From an uncultured Omnitrophica bacterium (GTDB lineage Bacteria; Omnitrophota; Gorgyraeia; JACQQV01): a stretch of DNA of 64,000 nucleotides. Below are positions 18,501-26,857 of this stretch, piece after piece. The stretch is taken from assembly GCA_947085655.1 (NCBI GenBank), contig CAMTXH010000006.1:70498-134497 (forward strand), written 5' to 3'. Below the pieces are notes generated by a model that was given only the letters and a program-made list of their open reading frames with translations, had not been told where the DNA came from and did not search any database. Position 1 is the stretch's first letter. Every line of letters begins with the position of its first letter. The translations under genes were made by a program, and so were the position numbers.

Positions 18501-21445
18501 TTAAAATCCTCAATTTCAGGCGGAGGAAGAAAAGGAAGATAAATGCCTGTCTCTTTATGTCGGGTTGAATAGGAACGGATCGCCTGAATGCCTTCATGGT
18601 ACACCGCGCGGTGGGAAGGGTGAGGGTCGTTTCTACTGTTTAGAAAAAAGACGACCTCTTTTCCCTTGAGGTTGCCTCCAAAATGGCCCATCAAGAAATC
18701 TTCGAGATGCGATTCCAAAAGCCGACCCCCCTCTTCAACGATTTGTGCATCGGACCAGTCAGGATGGGCCTTGTATAATTGGTGCCCGAGAAGGTTTGGC
18801 TCCGGAAGATCAAGAACCCTGCCGGACTTTATCTCCTCTTTAGCCCGGATGTCGGCAATGTCGCCCCGATCTTCCACTCCCGGTATGGCGGCGCCCGTAG
18901 AGGGAGAGAGAACAAAAATCCGGATCTTCACACCCGCCTTCGCTGCAAGGTGTGCCGTGGCACCCATGAGAACCGCCACATCATCCGGATGGGTGATAAT
19001 GGCGATGATCGGTGTCCCCTTCCTTCGCATCTCCTGGAACTTCCCGCTCCCCCAGATCAGAGGTCTGTTGGGAAGAAAACGATAGGTGCCTCCCTTCAGG
19101 TAGGCAAGCGGGAAGATTTCGGCATTCTGAACTCCAAGGTAGAGTCCGTTTTCCCTCCCCCGCGCCCGGGCCATCTCATCATAGGGCACGCGAAGCAGTT
19201 GGCTTTTGTGCGACTTAATTCCTTTCTCTTTGATGTCGGCTATGTTGTTGGTGTAAGGGACGATGATGCCCGGCTTGTCGAAGAGCTCGGAGGATTGATA
19301 AAAAACGCCCAGCGGAGACTCATTCCATTCCGAAACAGCCCGGCGGACGGCATTTTCAAGGGGAAAAAGATGAAGGGGTAAAAAAACAATGTCGAATGGA
19401 GAAGCCCGAATTTCTTTTTCGAGGGCCTCAAGTCCCTTTTGATCCTCTCCGAAAGCTACTTCCCTGGAAATTTGAAGATGTCGGAAATCATTTTTCCTTC
19501 CCCGAAGCCCGCTCAAAAAACTTCCTGCGTAAAAATCGGCATCCCGTTCGCCGATTTGTACCACCAGGGTCTTCATTCCCTCTGGAATAGGACTCTGATT
19601 GACATGGGGGAGTGTTTCGTCTTTAAAAAGAAACCTCGAGTTGGATTGAAGGAGATTCCGGATGCCTTCAAAGAATTCCCGTTTTCCCCCATCTTGTGCG
19701 CGACGACCGTCCAGTTCACCCCGGATAAGGCCTGTTGCGCCCCGTTTGAGCGCGGGGATTTGGCGCAGATTCTCCCCGGCCGGTCCCGCCTTCTCTTTCA
19801 GAATCTTATGATAAAGTTCAAGATCCGAGGCCTCCGTAATCTTCGGTGCAATCACCATATAGGACAAATTCTGTTCCTTCAAGAGTTTCGTAATCTGGGC
19901 GGTGTGGAATCCGCCTGCAATCAAGACGGCCAGGTCCACGCCTTCCTCCCGAACTTTACTGAGAGTATTGGCCACAAGGGCTTCATCCCGCTTCATCCCG
20001 ACTTTGTAGAAGGACTCGAGAAGTTCCAAATTGTCATCGATCACAGCAGTGTCCTGTGGAAAAGAGAGGGTTACATGATACTGATTCATTTTTTCAATCA
20101 GAAACGGCTTCCAAGTTTGTACGAGGAAGGTCTGGCGGTTTGCCTGATACGTCTCAAGGTCATCGGGTGAGAGATTGAGTTCCAGAAAGCTCAGGAGGAG
20201 ATCAAGACGGTCTGAAAGTTCAGAAAGTTCTTGTTCATCCGGCGAGGTGTAAAGATGGCTCTTAATTTCCTTTTCAAGAACGCGTCCTTCCCGGAAAAGT
20301 TCCACATGGTCCCGCCCGGCATAGAGAATGACATAATCGATGTACCGGTCCAGATCGCCGTGGGAACCGGGAGCCGGATCGTTTTTCTGGAGAACTTCCT
20401 TGAGAAACCCATAATACTCCCCGGGCCCTGTTTCGTTCATTTTATATTTGAGCCCCTTTTCGGCAAGAAGGGTAAGTTCCTCCTTGGAAAGAACCTGTGT
20501 CAACTTCCCGATGAGTGCCTGGTGCTGGCCGTCCACCTTTTCAAAATTGATGCTCTTCTCAAGGAGAGAGGCCTGCAGGAAATTGTCGAAATTGGGGTAT
20601 TGGAAAAGAGGGATGCTGTAACGCCGGGCCAGATCTCCCAAATACTGATAATATTCCACCGCCTGAATCTTCCCTTTGTCATATTCCTCTTTTTTCCGCT
20701 CAAGGGCTTTTATCTCCGGGGAGTAGATGTCGACTTTCAGAGTGTCTGCAATCGCCTCAAGCGCCCGGGCCTTTTCCAAGGATTTTGCCTTGATTCCATC
20801 CACTTTGAAGAAGATGCCCAAGTTCTGGTCGTAAAGCGCTTCATTCTCGATGCCCCAGAGGGTAATCGGTTTGTCCGAAACAATATCAAGGTATTCCTCC
20901 CCCGAAATTTTTCCGAGTTTCAGGTATTTCTCGGCAACCTCCAGACGCCTTTCCGGCGTCGCTTCGGTCCGCAAAAAGGAAAGGCTCGTATCTCCGCTTC
21001 CCCCCTCCACAAGAATCAGACGGAGACCATGCTCCTTGACGAGTTGGCCCAGGATGTTCGCGAGGTTTTTTTGCGCTTCATAATGGACATGAACATCCTG
21101 AATATGGATGATCAGGGGAAGGGGATTTCCTTCGTAGGTTTCGGAAATCCGGCCGTATTCCGGAGGGATCTGGATGGCCTGGGCGAGCGTCTTGGGACGC
21201 TCGCCGAGAAGCGTTAAAGGATCGACGGCCGGGGTAGACTTGACCGGTTTGATATCGGAGCGGGCGGTGACTGTCTCGGTCTTTGAATCGAACGCCTTTT
21301 TTTCCTCAACGGTCTGGAAGATGCTTTTCGCATGGAGAGGGACGTCGGAGAGGAAAAGGAAAGAAACGGCCAAACCCAAAAGCAAAAATCTTTGCCGCTT
21401 CCCTCTTCTAGTTGGTCGAAACGCCATTCCCTTTTCACCACCCAT
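12539..21445 (-). CDS. giant secreted multidomain protein (2,968 aa)
   Basis: Uninterrupted 8.9-kb ORF with signal peptide. Contains an N-module homologous to the 862-aa protein at 22981-25569 (a possible Tiki/TraB/ChaN-like two-His fold), an LmbE/PIG-L-like segment, a long coiled-coil, left-handed beta-helix repeats and a PP2C-like segment. Supporting motifs are listed under the giant-protein domain finding. Confidence 0.85.
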   Translation of the reverse strand: MGGEKGMAFRPTRRGKRQRFLLLGLAVSFLFLSDVPLHAKSIFQTVEEKKAFDSKTETVTARSDIKPVKSTPAVDPLTLLGERPKTLAQAIQIPPEYGRISETYEGNPLPLIIHIQDVHVHYEAQKNLANILGQLVKEHGLRLILVEGGSGDTSLSFLRTEATPERRLEVAEKYLKLGKISGEEYLDIVSDKPITLWGIENEALYDQNLGIFFKVDGIKAKSLEKARALEAIADTLKVDIYSPEIKALERKKEEYDKGKIQAVEYYQYLGDLARRYSIPLFQYPNFDNFLQASLLEKSINFEKVDGQHQALIGKLTQVLSKEELTLLAEKGLKYKMNETGPGEYYGFLKEVLQKNDPAPGSHGDLDRYIDYVILYAGRDHVELFREGRVLEKEIKSHLYTSPDEQELSELSDRLDLLLSFLELNLSPDDLETYQANRQTFLVQTWKPFLIEKMNQYHVTLSFPQDTAVIDDNLELLESFYKVGMKRDEALVANTLSKVREEGVDLAVLIAGGFHTAQITKLLKEQNLSYMVIAPKITEASDLELYHKILKEKAGPAGENLRQIPALKRGATGLIRGELDGRRAQDGGKREFFEGIRNLLQSNSRFLFKDETLPHVNQSPIPEGMKTLVVQIGERDADFYAGSFLSGLRGRKNDFRHLQISREVAFGEDQKGLEALEKEIRASPFDIVFLPLHLFPLENAVRRAVSEWNESPLGVFYQSSELFDKPGIIVPYTNNIADIKEKGIKSHKSQLLRVPYDEMARARGRENGLYLGVQNAEIFPLAYLKGGTYRFLPNRPLIWGSGKFQEMRRKGTPIIAIITHPDDVAVLMGATAHLAAKAGVKIRIFVLSPSTGAAIPGVEDRGDIADIRAKEEIKSGRVLDLPEPNLLGHQLYKAHPDWSDAQIVEEGGRLLESHLEDFLMGHFGGNLKGKEVVFFLNSRNDPHPSHRAVYHEGIQAIRSYSTRHKETGIYLPFLPPPEIEDFNAIYPFETALEVRSGDPEIEKRAKAARYRARQMASIGMEIVMRGEGEKGGKGKIPPFHPPWAEAFRVEFLGERENAFDGSERVYAENDIFADFEGTVVSEEIPYREWVKKTGVDPAWVDEEHRRRLDEVRENPGEASWQAYLNMYARLLRTDDFEEMSKRYSLNPRFVEWVKAFKRRGGHEQVRLTILTRSFAPAARLFFEREDIRESLKALGVEVREVIGAEPEADENGLITGVLHTVYRKKPLIPEGHYFLGDDHETEEFGEGEEIHFANLTHWDPSAGTLTAPEGGSRMREIRNINTRIRALELEGEELRSKEITPEIEKRLWDIQEEIMELINERYDLTPDAEDGGNRVARVEAIITSLEELAREEKGGVAQNRLSAIRDERKQLFGEAGQLIEEEKKDAGNIDRIRELDDLRLRVANARDGLTGEARDGGYRGPRKYKKPKRYEAERYLHTRIKELRRSISSHESSFARLNPHERRSERGEELASALSDLRRQLRELRRSAKDGAYKILGDPRNIFGLERAGAIGDEVVFDAREGLIVILQGARITGRSYIQATKDHAVELGVDSAVDSSFVSGAVVGDRAIVSHAVLETTGKPGKFEDWSFDRKDFSGKREYTVSGSQTRVGPEARVNGARLVNTTVGLRTEIESGVYQNSEIGKENRLLHTKMTLVHTEDDVSIEGSHELPIEVSEAWLGHGYRLNAQAFIDSVLHRNRIVSLRFDGRRFHLRKTFNLPAIAHIGRNVVDSSYLGTLNPLKAHKHGLYEEFKEEEMIQIVPRDPKTLLPPIRIRGIDGSESSAHGYLLVDPLSILGPYLRWIALAGGQPSSDPLTLMANRNLTHATPFSMIGSPVRRKPAWDDWGVALPGAAKFGLSRKATSVPFLFTESPDTVFALMQEMIDALPDEKKPEVDDFPVEMLETGKALVEAELAEERAKFTDDQDPERIALLEKWREAYRLHIDSGAWRYQNGTKDSRWKFENGTWTHEALDLKRIASLEGISASDYRQTLFKDLPENDPKIPRDRVPDYEPILTEAHLPGTFEPTKGERRVNPLEEFGAIADIDPTAIIGDQVEIEEEAIIGPEVILEGKTVIRKGAQIFGSHLIDTVVGEETFIWGSRIKQAAIGKKENLVRMWIDSTDRNVSQLGDEVRLRMGRVENSFIGDRTEGSLFLSRFSNIGRDHLLEPYATVFRSHFDDSVAGVNRGIGALHVNVIASGLYTNHHLASRALNLIARPITFKVKGETKTVANAPNWGGGSTVILDRPDSTGRIILETTFIGTNTVFEVEDGKETHLGFGSIVAQRVKAGERLIHFTRKVGPGPENDIIGDVLLRLEVVLRHILSKTKSATKNPLDVDLLMEAKIQEALEQAQEELAMVRAGHTHHPELGHKLHTEAQLQKGIELFEENLDGRWRMENHRFVNGFWLFNGERYSWNVEHEFGVTDAVSGGKISYVADIGKGREGQESRVLVHPVRVGKVEGDLIAVIDGHRDEQAAHLIKQRLPSLFEAAVREHGENMMEVHRATDRALRKLTDQMESGATAAVAFIRKKGDQRKVSGFGRGDAWFMIADQGEIRLTTPEQNSALDEKGRNIVLSKGGIYHETLQAFERAEGVDPSWRFTNSYGDRKIRPYLREEAWFLEGELPLGDQSVVLAGDDGIAYDLNGQRRWLAEQIAGWADHGEPAKLILSRRNDRLSEETEVASHREWKDNRALVVYQPEPIRVRDGAERYVAKTPEWLTTYEPLHRRPVSPAMREASERLKETGEAFILVFPSSLLKEDMGESFSWALDRLARETGNSLNNEESVFKHVLLIEDPTVTMQEVENYLARFHLRRDQFYAVITYDILENYGDAKESARYQNDPPLQYRFQIEEFLWVNLLQDNLKLRLGENSNLVIVSSEDQMKAWERYLRAKRLRISNPGIRLVVFEPRKGGDDRYLNLAPLLVNTAAEFVSTADPQKALEDIKSFLTILTHKIYVDPVPVIPDYFEAYVDYLNKV

Positions 21446-21447
21446 CC

Positions 21448-22959
21448 TTAGAGTCTTCGGAGTGTTTCCCGGAATTTGCGGACTGCCTCAATCGCTTCCT
21501 CCTCGAATCCGGTGGAAAGGACCTCGACCGGAATGGTCCAGGTGAGTCCCTCCTCGATTCTCGCAATCAAGGCACTGTTTAGATGATCAAGGCCGACCTC
21601 CGTATCCTTGACCGGCAAATCAAACGTAAAAGCAACGGAATTCTCTCGCCCTTCAAATAGCCTGGCAACTTCCCTTCTGGCAAAAATCAGGTTTTTCCGT
21701 TCGGGGGAAGGGCCGCCTTTTTCCTCGAGTTTTTGCTGAATGTAGCTCTCAATGCCGGCCACTTCCGATAAACGTTCGGCCGGGACGAACATCCCAAAAT
21801 CCTCCGGTGTCAGGTCCACGGGAAGACCCGTCTTCTTTGAAGCAAACGCGTTCATCTCGTTGAAAAAGTTGCTTGTCTTTTCCGCATCCATGGCTTGAAG
21901 CACCCCCTCACGCGGGGTCAGCGGCAGGAAAGCGGTCACAATCCCGCTTCCGACTTTTCCGAAACGGGGTTCCTGCCGGACGCGTCTCCAGAGGGCTGCC
22001 CATGCATCGAAACTGTAATAGTAATAAGCGGGTTCGGACACCAAGACAACCGGTGCGTTAACCCTTTTCAACTGGTTTAAAATCACACCCGAAAGCGGGC
22101 TGTCCACCGTCGGAAAGAGCTTCGGACCGACATTTTCAAGTGCGGAAAGCCGCGCTTCGGCCTCGATAATTTGCTCTTGAAGAGCAGTCTCTTCTTCGGG
22201 ATGGGTCGCAAAATAATCCGAATTGATGCCGAGGGCTGTTTTGAAATCCCGCCGAAGTCTCTGCGCATCTTTGACCCGGTCGGAAAACGTGCTTCCGGCT
22301 CCTTTTCCATATAAAAGAAAGGGGGCGTCAATGTGACTTAATATTCTAACAGAAGCGGCAAGGTAGTCCGGGAGTTCTTTCTGGCGGGCCAAGAGAGCCC
22401 CTAAAACATCCTCCGGGATGGCTCGCCGCGTATCGACACGGACATGGACACGAATCAAATCGCCTGTTTCGGAACTGGAAATTTTGACTTCAACCGGCTT
22501 CCGGTCCGGAAGGGAACGCTCCCCTAACGCAAAAGTCACTTCGGAACTGGCAGTCTCAGGATGGGAACTCGACACGCGCCCCTCGAATATTCTTTGAAGC
22601 TGTGCCAACGTCAGCGCTTCTCTCTCTTTTAAGAGGCCCTGCCCCATGTACCGTTCCATGATATCCTCATAATCGGCTGAATCAACATGTCTTCTTCGTG
22701 CTTCACCGCTCAAGGGGACATTGGTTTCGCGATACCGTTTCTCCCGGTCATCCCCGAGACGGTTCGCGCCGTCCCGAAGGGAGAGGGCCTGTTCCGCGGC
22801 AATCAAATCATTTTGGAGATTCTGCATGAGGCCGCCGTCCTTCTCCGCCATGGGAGGCCGGTAATGATCCTCAGCCGGGGCACCCCAGGCCGGCATGACG
22901 GCAAAGAAAATTCCCGCGATCAGCATCGAAATCATTTTTTGAAGAAATGAGCGATTCAT
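21448..22959 (-). CDS. secreted protein, paralog of the C-terminal module of the 862-aa protein
   Basis: Signal peptide. Shares AEKDGGLMQNLQ, FGKxGSG, VDLTxEDFG and a ...LRETL C-terminal block with 22981-25569. Confidence 0.8.
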   Translation of the reverse strand: MNRSFLQKMISMLIAGIFFAVMPAWGAPAEDHYRPPMAEKDGGLMQNLQNDLIAAEQALSLRDGANRLGDDREKRYRETNVPLSGEARRRHVDSADYEDIMERYMGQGLLKEREALTLAQLQRIFEGRVSSSHPETASSEVTFALGERSLPDRKPVEVKISSSETGDLIRVHVRVDTRRAIPEDVLGALLARQKELPDYLAASVRILSHIDAPFLLYGKGAGSTFSDRVKDAQRLRRDFKTALGINSDYFATHPEEETALQEQIIEAEARLSALENVGPKLFPTVDSPLSGVILNQLKRVNAPVVLVSEPAYYYYSFDAWAALWRRVRQEPRFGKVGSGIVTAFLPLTPREGVLQAMDAEKTSNFFNEMNAFASKKTGLPVDLTPEDFGMFVPAERLSEVAGIESYIQQKLEEKGGPSPERKNLIFARREVARLFEGRENSVAFTFDLPVKDTEVGLDHLNSALIARIEEGLTWTIPVEVLSTGFEEEAIEAVRKFRETLRRL

Positions 22960-22980
22960 TGTTTCTCCTTTTTCTAAAGA

Positions 22981-25569
22981 TTATAAGTTGATGAGTGTCT
23001 CCCGGAGGGTCCGGAGGGCCGCCTCCGCATCTTCGGAAACAGTCCAGACTTTCGCCTCAATGAAAGTGCTCCGTCCGACCGCGAACGATAAAAGTTCCTC
23101 CAGATTCCGATATCCGACCTGATCCCCGACCTGATTCGATACAAACGGCGACTCAACGGTGAAGGCAACAAAGGAAGGAAGCGACGGAGCGAGTCTCTCG
23201 GCCACCTGCTTTCTGGCAAACATCCGGGTAAGAGGGCGTCCCGCTTCCTCCTGGATATGCCGGCTCGTTGCTTCGTGGTCCGAAAGGAGTGCCGGTGGAA
23301 CCACAACGCCGAAATCCTCAAGTGTCAGGTCCACATTCTTTCCGGTGTATCTTTTGGCAAATGCGCTCAGTATCTCAAGTGCTTTGGAGATCTTCTCCAA
23401 ATCAACACCCCTAAGGGCATCTCCCGGCTGATTAGAAATGGCGTATGGAAGAAGGGCTGAAATGACTCCGCTTCCTTTTTTCCCGAACTCTGGATCCTGC
23501 CTGCGATACCGCCAATAGTCCACGTAAAGGTCCGGATTAAAAGCAAAGTAAGCCAAGTCGTATCCCACAACAATGGGGTTATCCACATTCCTTGCCTGCG
23601 CCAAGACATTCGGTGAAAGGAGGTCGGATGTCAGAAAGATGTTGCGGCCGATCAGAAGATCGTCGCTCAAACGAGTCCCCCCGTCACCCGCTTGACCGGT
23701 CAGGTCGTTCCGTTCGTCTATCAAGTCTCTAATCTTCTGCTGTACCGCCGCAATTTTTGCCCTTTCGGGATCGGCTGCCGGGAGTGCGAGAAGTCTTTGT
23801 TCTTCTCTTCCCAGTTCGCCGATTTCGCGAATGACTTCGTCCAAATAATCCTCGCCTTCATCGTCCTCACGGACCCCCCCGTCGCGGACCGTGACAGCGG
23901 CAATCTCATCCTGAAGATTTTGCATGAGCCCGCCGTCTTTCTCGGCGGTTGGCTGGCGGAGTTGCCCCACGATTAAATGCGATTTTTCCTTCAAAATGGT
24001 GTAATAAAGTTCCGGATTTCCCGCTTCCGTGATTCGGGGCGAAATGACAATATGGGAAATACCCTGCTCTCTCAAAATCTGTGTCAGCCCCGGCGTATGA
24101 AATCCTCCTGTAATCAGGACGGCGAACGTGACTTTCTCCTTTTTCATTTCCCTCATCGAATTTTCAACAAATGCCACATCCCGCGCCTGCGCAATCCGGT
24201 AAAAGCGATCCATCGTCTTGAGATGCTCATCGACGCTGCCGACTTCCTGCGGAATGGCAATCTCCAAACGGTGTTCGTTGATTTTACCCTCCAGATAAGG
24301 GATAAATGTCTTGACGGAAAATCTCAGGCGGTTTTTCTGGTAAAGGGCGAAGTCATCCGGTGAAATTTTGAGCCGGAAAAGGCCCGAAAGAAGCCTCAGG
24401 TGTTTCGAAATGGCGGCGAGCTGCCTTTCGTCTTCGGAAGTAAAGAGTTTTTCCCGAACCGCCTGTTCCAGCCGGTCCCCCTCCTTGAAAAGTTCCGAGT
24501 GCTGGATATCCCCATATAAGGAAAGATAGCGGACATATTTTTCAAGATTCGGGTAATCTTCAAGGGCCACGCTCTTTTCGGAAGCCACATTCGCCACATG
24601 ACCGTAGTATCGTCGCTGGGAAACTTTCCCTTCCTGATAGGCGAGACTCTGACTCACCAATAGATCCAATTCCTCCTGCGTCAGGTCATCCGTCAATGTT
24701 TCGATGAGCCGGTTCCGCTCCTCGTCAACCTGTCCGAAATCAATGGCCTTCTCCAGTCGGTAGGCCTGAAGGAGTCGCTCCACGTTCGGATATCCCTCCG
24801 CCCCGCCGTAAGCGGCCAGGTATTCGTAATAGTCCACGAGTTCCATCTGTTCCGTCTCGTATGCCTCGCGCATCTTCTCAAGGTCGAGATGGGCGGAACT
24901 GTAAATGGTTTTTTTGAGTGTTTCCACCGCTTCCTGGAGGCGGTCGAGCTGGTCTAGTGCCACTTTTTTCAGTCGTTCGACCTCCAGAAAGACCCGGAAA
25001 TTCTCCTCGTAAAGCTCCGCGTCTTCAATCCCCTGCCGGATGATCGGATAATCGCTCACCAGTTCCAGATATTCGTCCCCCGCAATGAGTCCCTTCCGGA
25101 GATACCGTTCTGCCACCTCCGTCCGTGCCTCTTTTGAGCCGAGTTTCCGTAGCGAAGAAAGATCCCCCCGGATATCCCCCCCTTCCACAAGAATTAACTT
25201 CACGTCGTTGTTCCGGATGAGAGACTCCAGAATGGAAGCAAGGTTTTTCTGTGCTTCGTAGTGCACATGGGCATCTTGAATATGGATCAGAGTCTGTTCG
25301 GAGTTTCCTTCGTAGATATCGACGATCCGGCCGTAGGCCTCCGGGATTTGAATCTCACCTAATCCGAGGGAACGCAAAAGAAACGCTTCTTTTTGGGGAG
25401 AGGTTGTCTGAATCGGATCCGGCAGCACAGGTGCCACGACCCGCGCCTGCTGAAAGATGCTTCTCTCAGGCGGATCGGCCCATGCCATGGTTCCGGCACC
25501 GACTACACCGAGCACGATAAGAAGCAAAAGGCTCTTTTCTTTTATTAGCTTCTTCTTTATACCCTTCAC
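22981..25569 (-). CDS. secreted two-module protein (N-module shared with the giant protein, C-module shared with the 503-aa protein)
   Basis: Signal peptide. About 550 aa are collinear with giant-protein residues ~40-590 (IHIQDAHVHYEAQKNLA...ILVEGG...ITGGFHT...ELYYTILKEK). Confidence 0.8.
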   Translation of the reverse strand: MKGIKKKLIKEKSLLLLIVLGVVGAGTMAWADPPERSIFQQARVVAPVLPDPIQTTSPQKEAFLLRSLGLGEIQIPEAYGRIVDIYEGNSEQTLIHIQDAHVHYEAQKNLASILESLIRNNDVKLILVEGGDIRGDLSSLRKLGSKEARTEVAERYLRKGLIAGDEYLELVSDYPIIRQGIEDAELYEENFRVFLEVERLKKVALDQLDRLQEAVETLKKTIYSSAHLDLEKMREAYETEQMELVDYYEYLAAYGGAEGYPNVERLLQAYRLEKAIDFGQVDEERNRLIETLTDDLTQEELDLLVSQSLAYQEGKVSQRRYYGHVANVASEKSVALEDYPNLEKYVRYLSLYGDIQHSELFKEGDRLEQAVREKLFTSEDERQLAAISKHLRLLSGLFRLKISPDDFALYQKNRLRFSVKTFIPYLEGKINEHRLEIAIPQEVGSVDEHLKTMDRFYRIAQARDVAFVENSMREMKKEKVTFAVLITGGFHTPGLTQILREQGISHIVISPRITEAGNPELYYTILKEKSHLIVGQLRQPTAEKDGGLMQNLQDEIAAVTVRDGGVREDDEGEDYLDEVIREIGELGREEQRLLALPAADPERAKIAAVQQKIRDLIDERNDLTGQAGDGGTRLSDDLLIGRNIFLTSDLLSPNVLAQARNVDNPIVVGYDLAYFAFNPDLYVDYWRYRRQDPEFGKKGSGVISALLPYAISNQPGDALRGVDLEKISKALEILSAFAKRYTGKNVDLTLEDFGVVVPPALLSDHEATSRHIQEEAGRPLTRMFARKQVAERLAPSLPSFVAFTVESPFVSNQVGDQVGYRNLEELLSFAVGRSTFIEAKVWTVSEDAEAALRTLRETLINL

Positions 25570-25852
25570 TTTACACCATACACCTTACACCGTTTTATTG
25601 GGGTGGCGGGCGGAATAGGTTGGGAAGGATGGGGGTCCAGGCCCAAGCCCTATCCCACCTGCCATCCCAAAGGGATTGCAAGTTTATAAAAGTTCTGAAG
25701 AAACTGGTTAAAAAAAGAACCCCCGATCCTGGGAAAAGTATATCACACCCCAGGGGGGATGTCAAGGTATGAAAGTCAACTTAAAAAAACATGTAACGTG
25801 TTTAAAACTAAATAGTTAAGTAAATTTAAAAACGACATTTTGTCTCGATTAA

Positions 25853-26857
25853 CTATTCCTTTTCTTCCTTTTTCCTCCCCCCTTTTGCCTCGCTTTTTTT
25901 CTCTTCAACCGTTTCAAACGCCCCCATTTTCCGGAATTTTTCGTACCGCTCCTCAAGAAGTTTTTCCTTTGGAAGTTTTTGAAGAACTTTCAGGTGCTTT
26001 CCGACCGCTTCTTTCAGGGCAGCGGCAGTTTTTTCCGCGTCATGGTGGGCCCCGCCGAGCGGCTCCGGAATGATCTCATCAATCACCCCCAACTCCAGGA
26101 GGTCCTGGGCAGTCAGTTTCAGGGCACTGGCCGCATCGGGGGCGCGGGCACGGTCCTTCCAGAGGATCGCGGCACACCCTTCCGGAGAAATCACGGAATA
26201 ATACGCATTTTCCAGCACCAACGTGCGGTCGCCGACGCCGATCCCGAGCGCCCCGCCGCTTCCTCCCTCCCCAATCACCACGACGATAATCGGAACGGCC
26301 AGACTGATCATCTCCCTGAGATTGTAGGCAATCGCTTGGGCCTGTCCTCGCTCTTCGGCCCCAACTCCCGGGTAGGCTCCGGGCGTATCCACAAGACAAA
26401 GGATGGGATGGTCAAACTTCTCCGCCAATTTCATGATGCGCATCGCCTTGCGGTATCCTTCCGGATGGGCGCTCCCGAAATTTCGCAAGAGGTTCTCTTT
26501 GGTGTCCCGTCCCTTTTGATGACCGATGACGGTAAGGGCAGTCCCGTCGAATTTGGCGAAGCCGGTGATAATCGCCTGGTCATCCCGGAAGGCGCGATCG
26601 CCGTGGAGCTCGACGAAATCGCTCATGATGAGGGAAATATAATCCATGGAATAAGGTCGCTGGGGATGTCGGGCAATCTGGACGCGCTGCCAGGGAGTGA
26701 GATTTTCGTAAACAGACTCGCGGAGTTCGATCAGTTTTTTCTCGAGCGATTTAATTTCCCCATCGAGGCCGATCTTTCCTTTCGACGCAAGACTCCTCAG
26801 TTCGGCAATCTGTTTCTCGAGCTCGGTAATCGGCTTTTCGAAGTTAAGGTCTGCCAC
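25853..26857 (-). CDS. accA: acetyl-CoA carboxylase carboxyltransferase subunit alpha
   Basis: Highly conserved AccA sequence ([15 protein letters not shown]...[11 protein letters not shown]). Confidence 0.9.
   Translation of the reverse strand: MADLNFEKPITELEKQIAELRSLASKGKIGLDGEIKSLEKKLIELRESVYENLTPWQRVQIARHPQRPYSMDYISLIMSDFVELHGDRAFRDDQAIITGFAKFDGTALTVIGHQKGRDTKENLLRNFGSAHPEGYRKAMRIMKLAEKFDHPILCLVDTPGAYPGVGAEERGQAQAIAYNLREMISLAVPIIVVVIGEGGSGGALGIGVGDRTLVLENAYYSVISPEGCAAILWKDRARAPDAASALKLTAQDLLELGVIDEIIPEPLGGAHHDAEKTAAALKEAVGKHLKVLQKLPKEKLLEERYEKFRKMGAFETVEEKKSEAKGGRKKEEKE

Noticed and set aside
13071-21217. Numerous plus-strand ORFs of 60-330 aa (e.g. 17678-18568, 19439-20170, 20231-21217) inside the giant gene
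   Set aside because: Antisense shadow ORFs typical of GC-rich coding DNA. The minus-strand 2,968-aa frame is uninterrupted and has coherent domain content.
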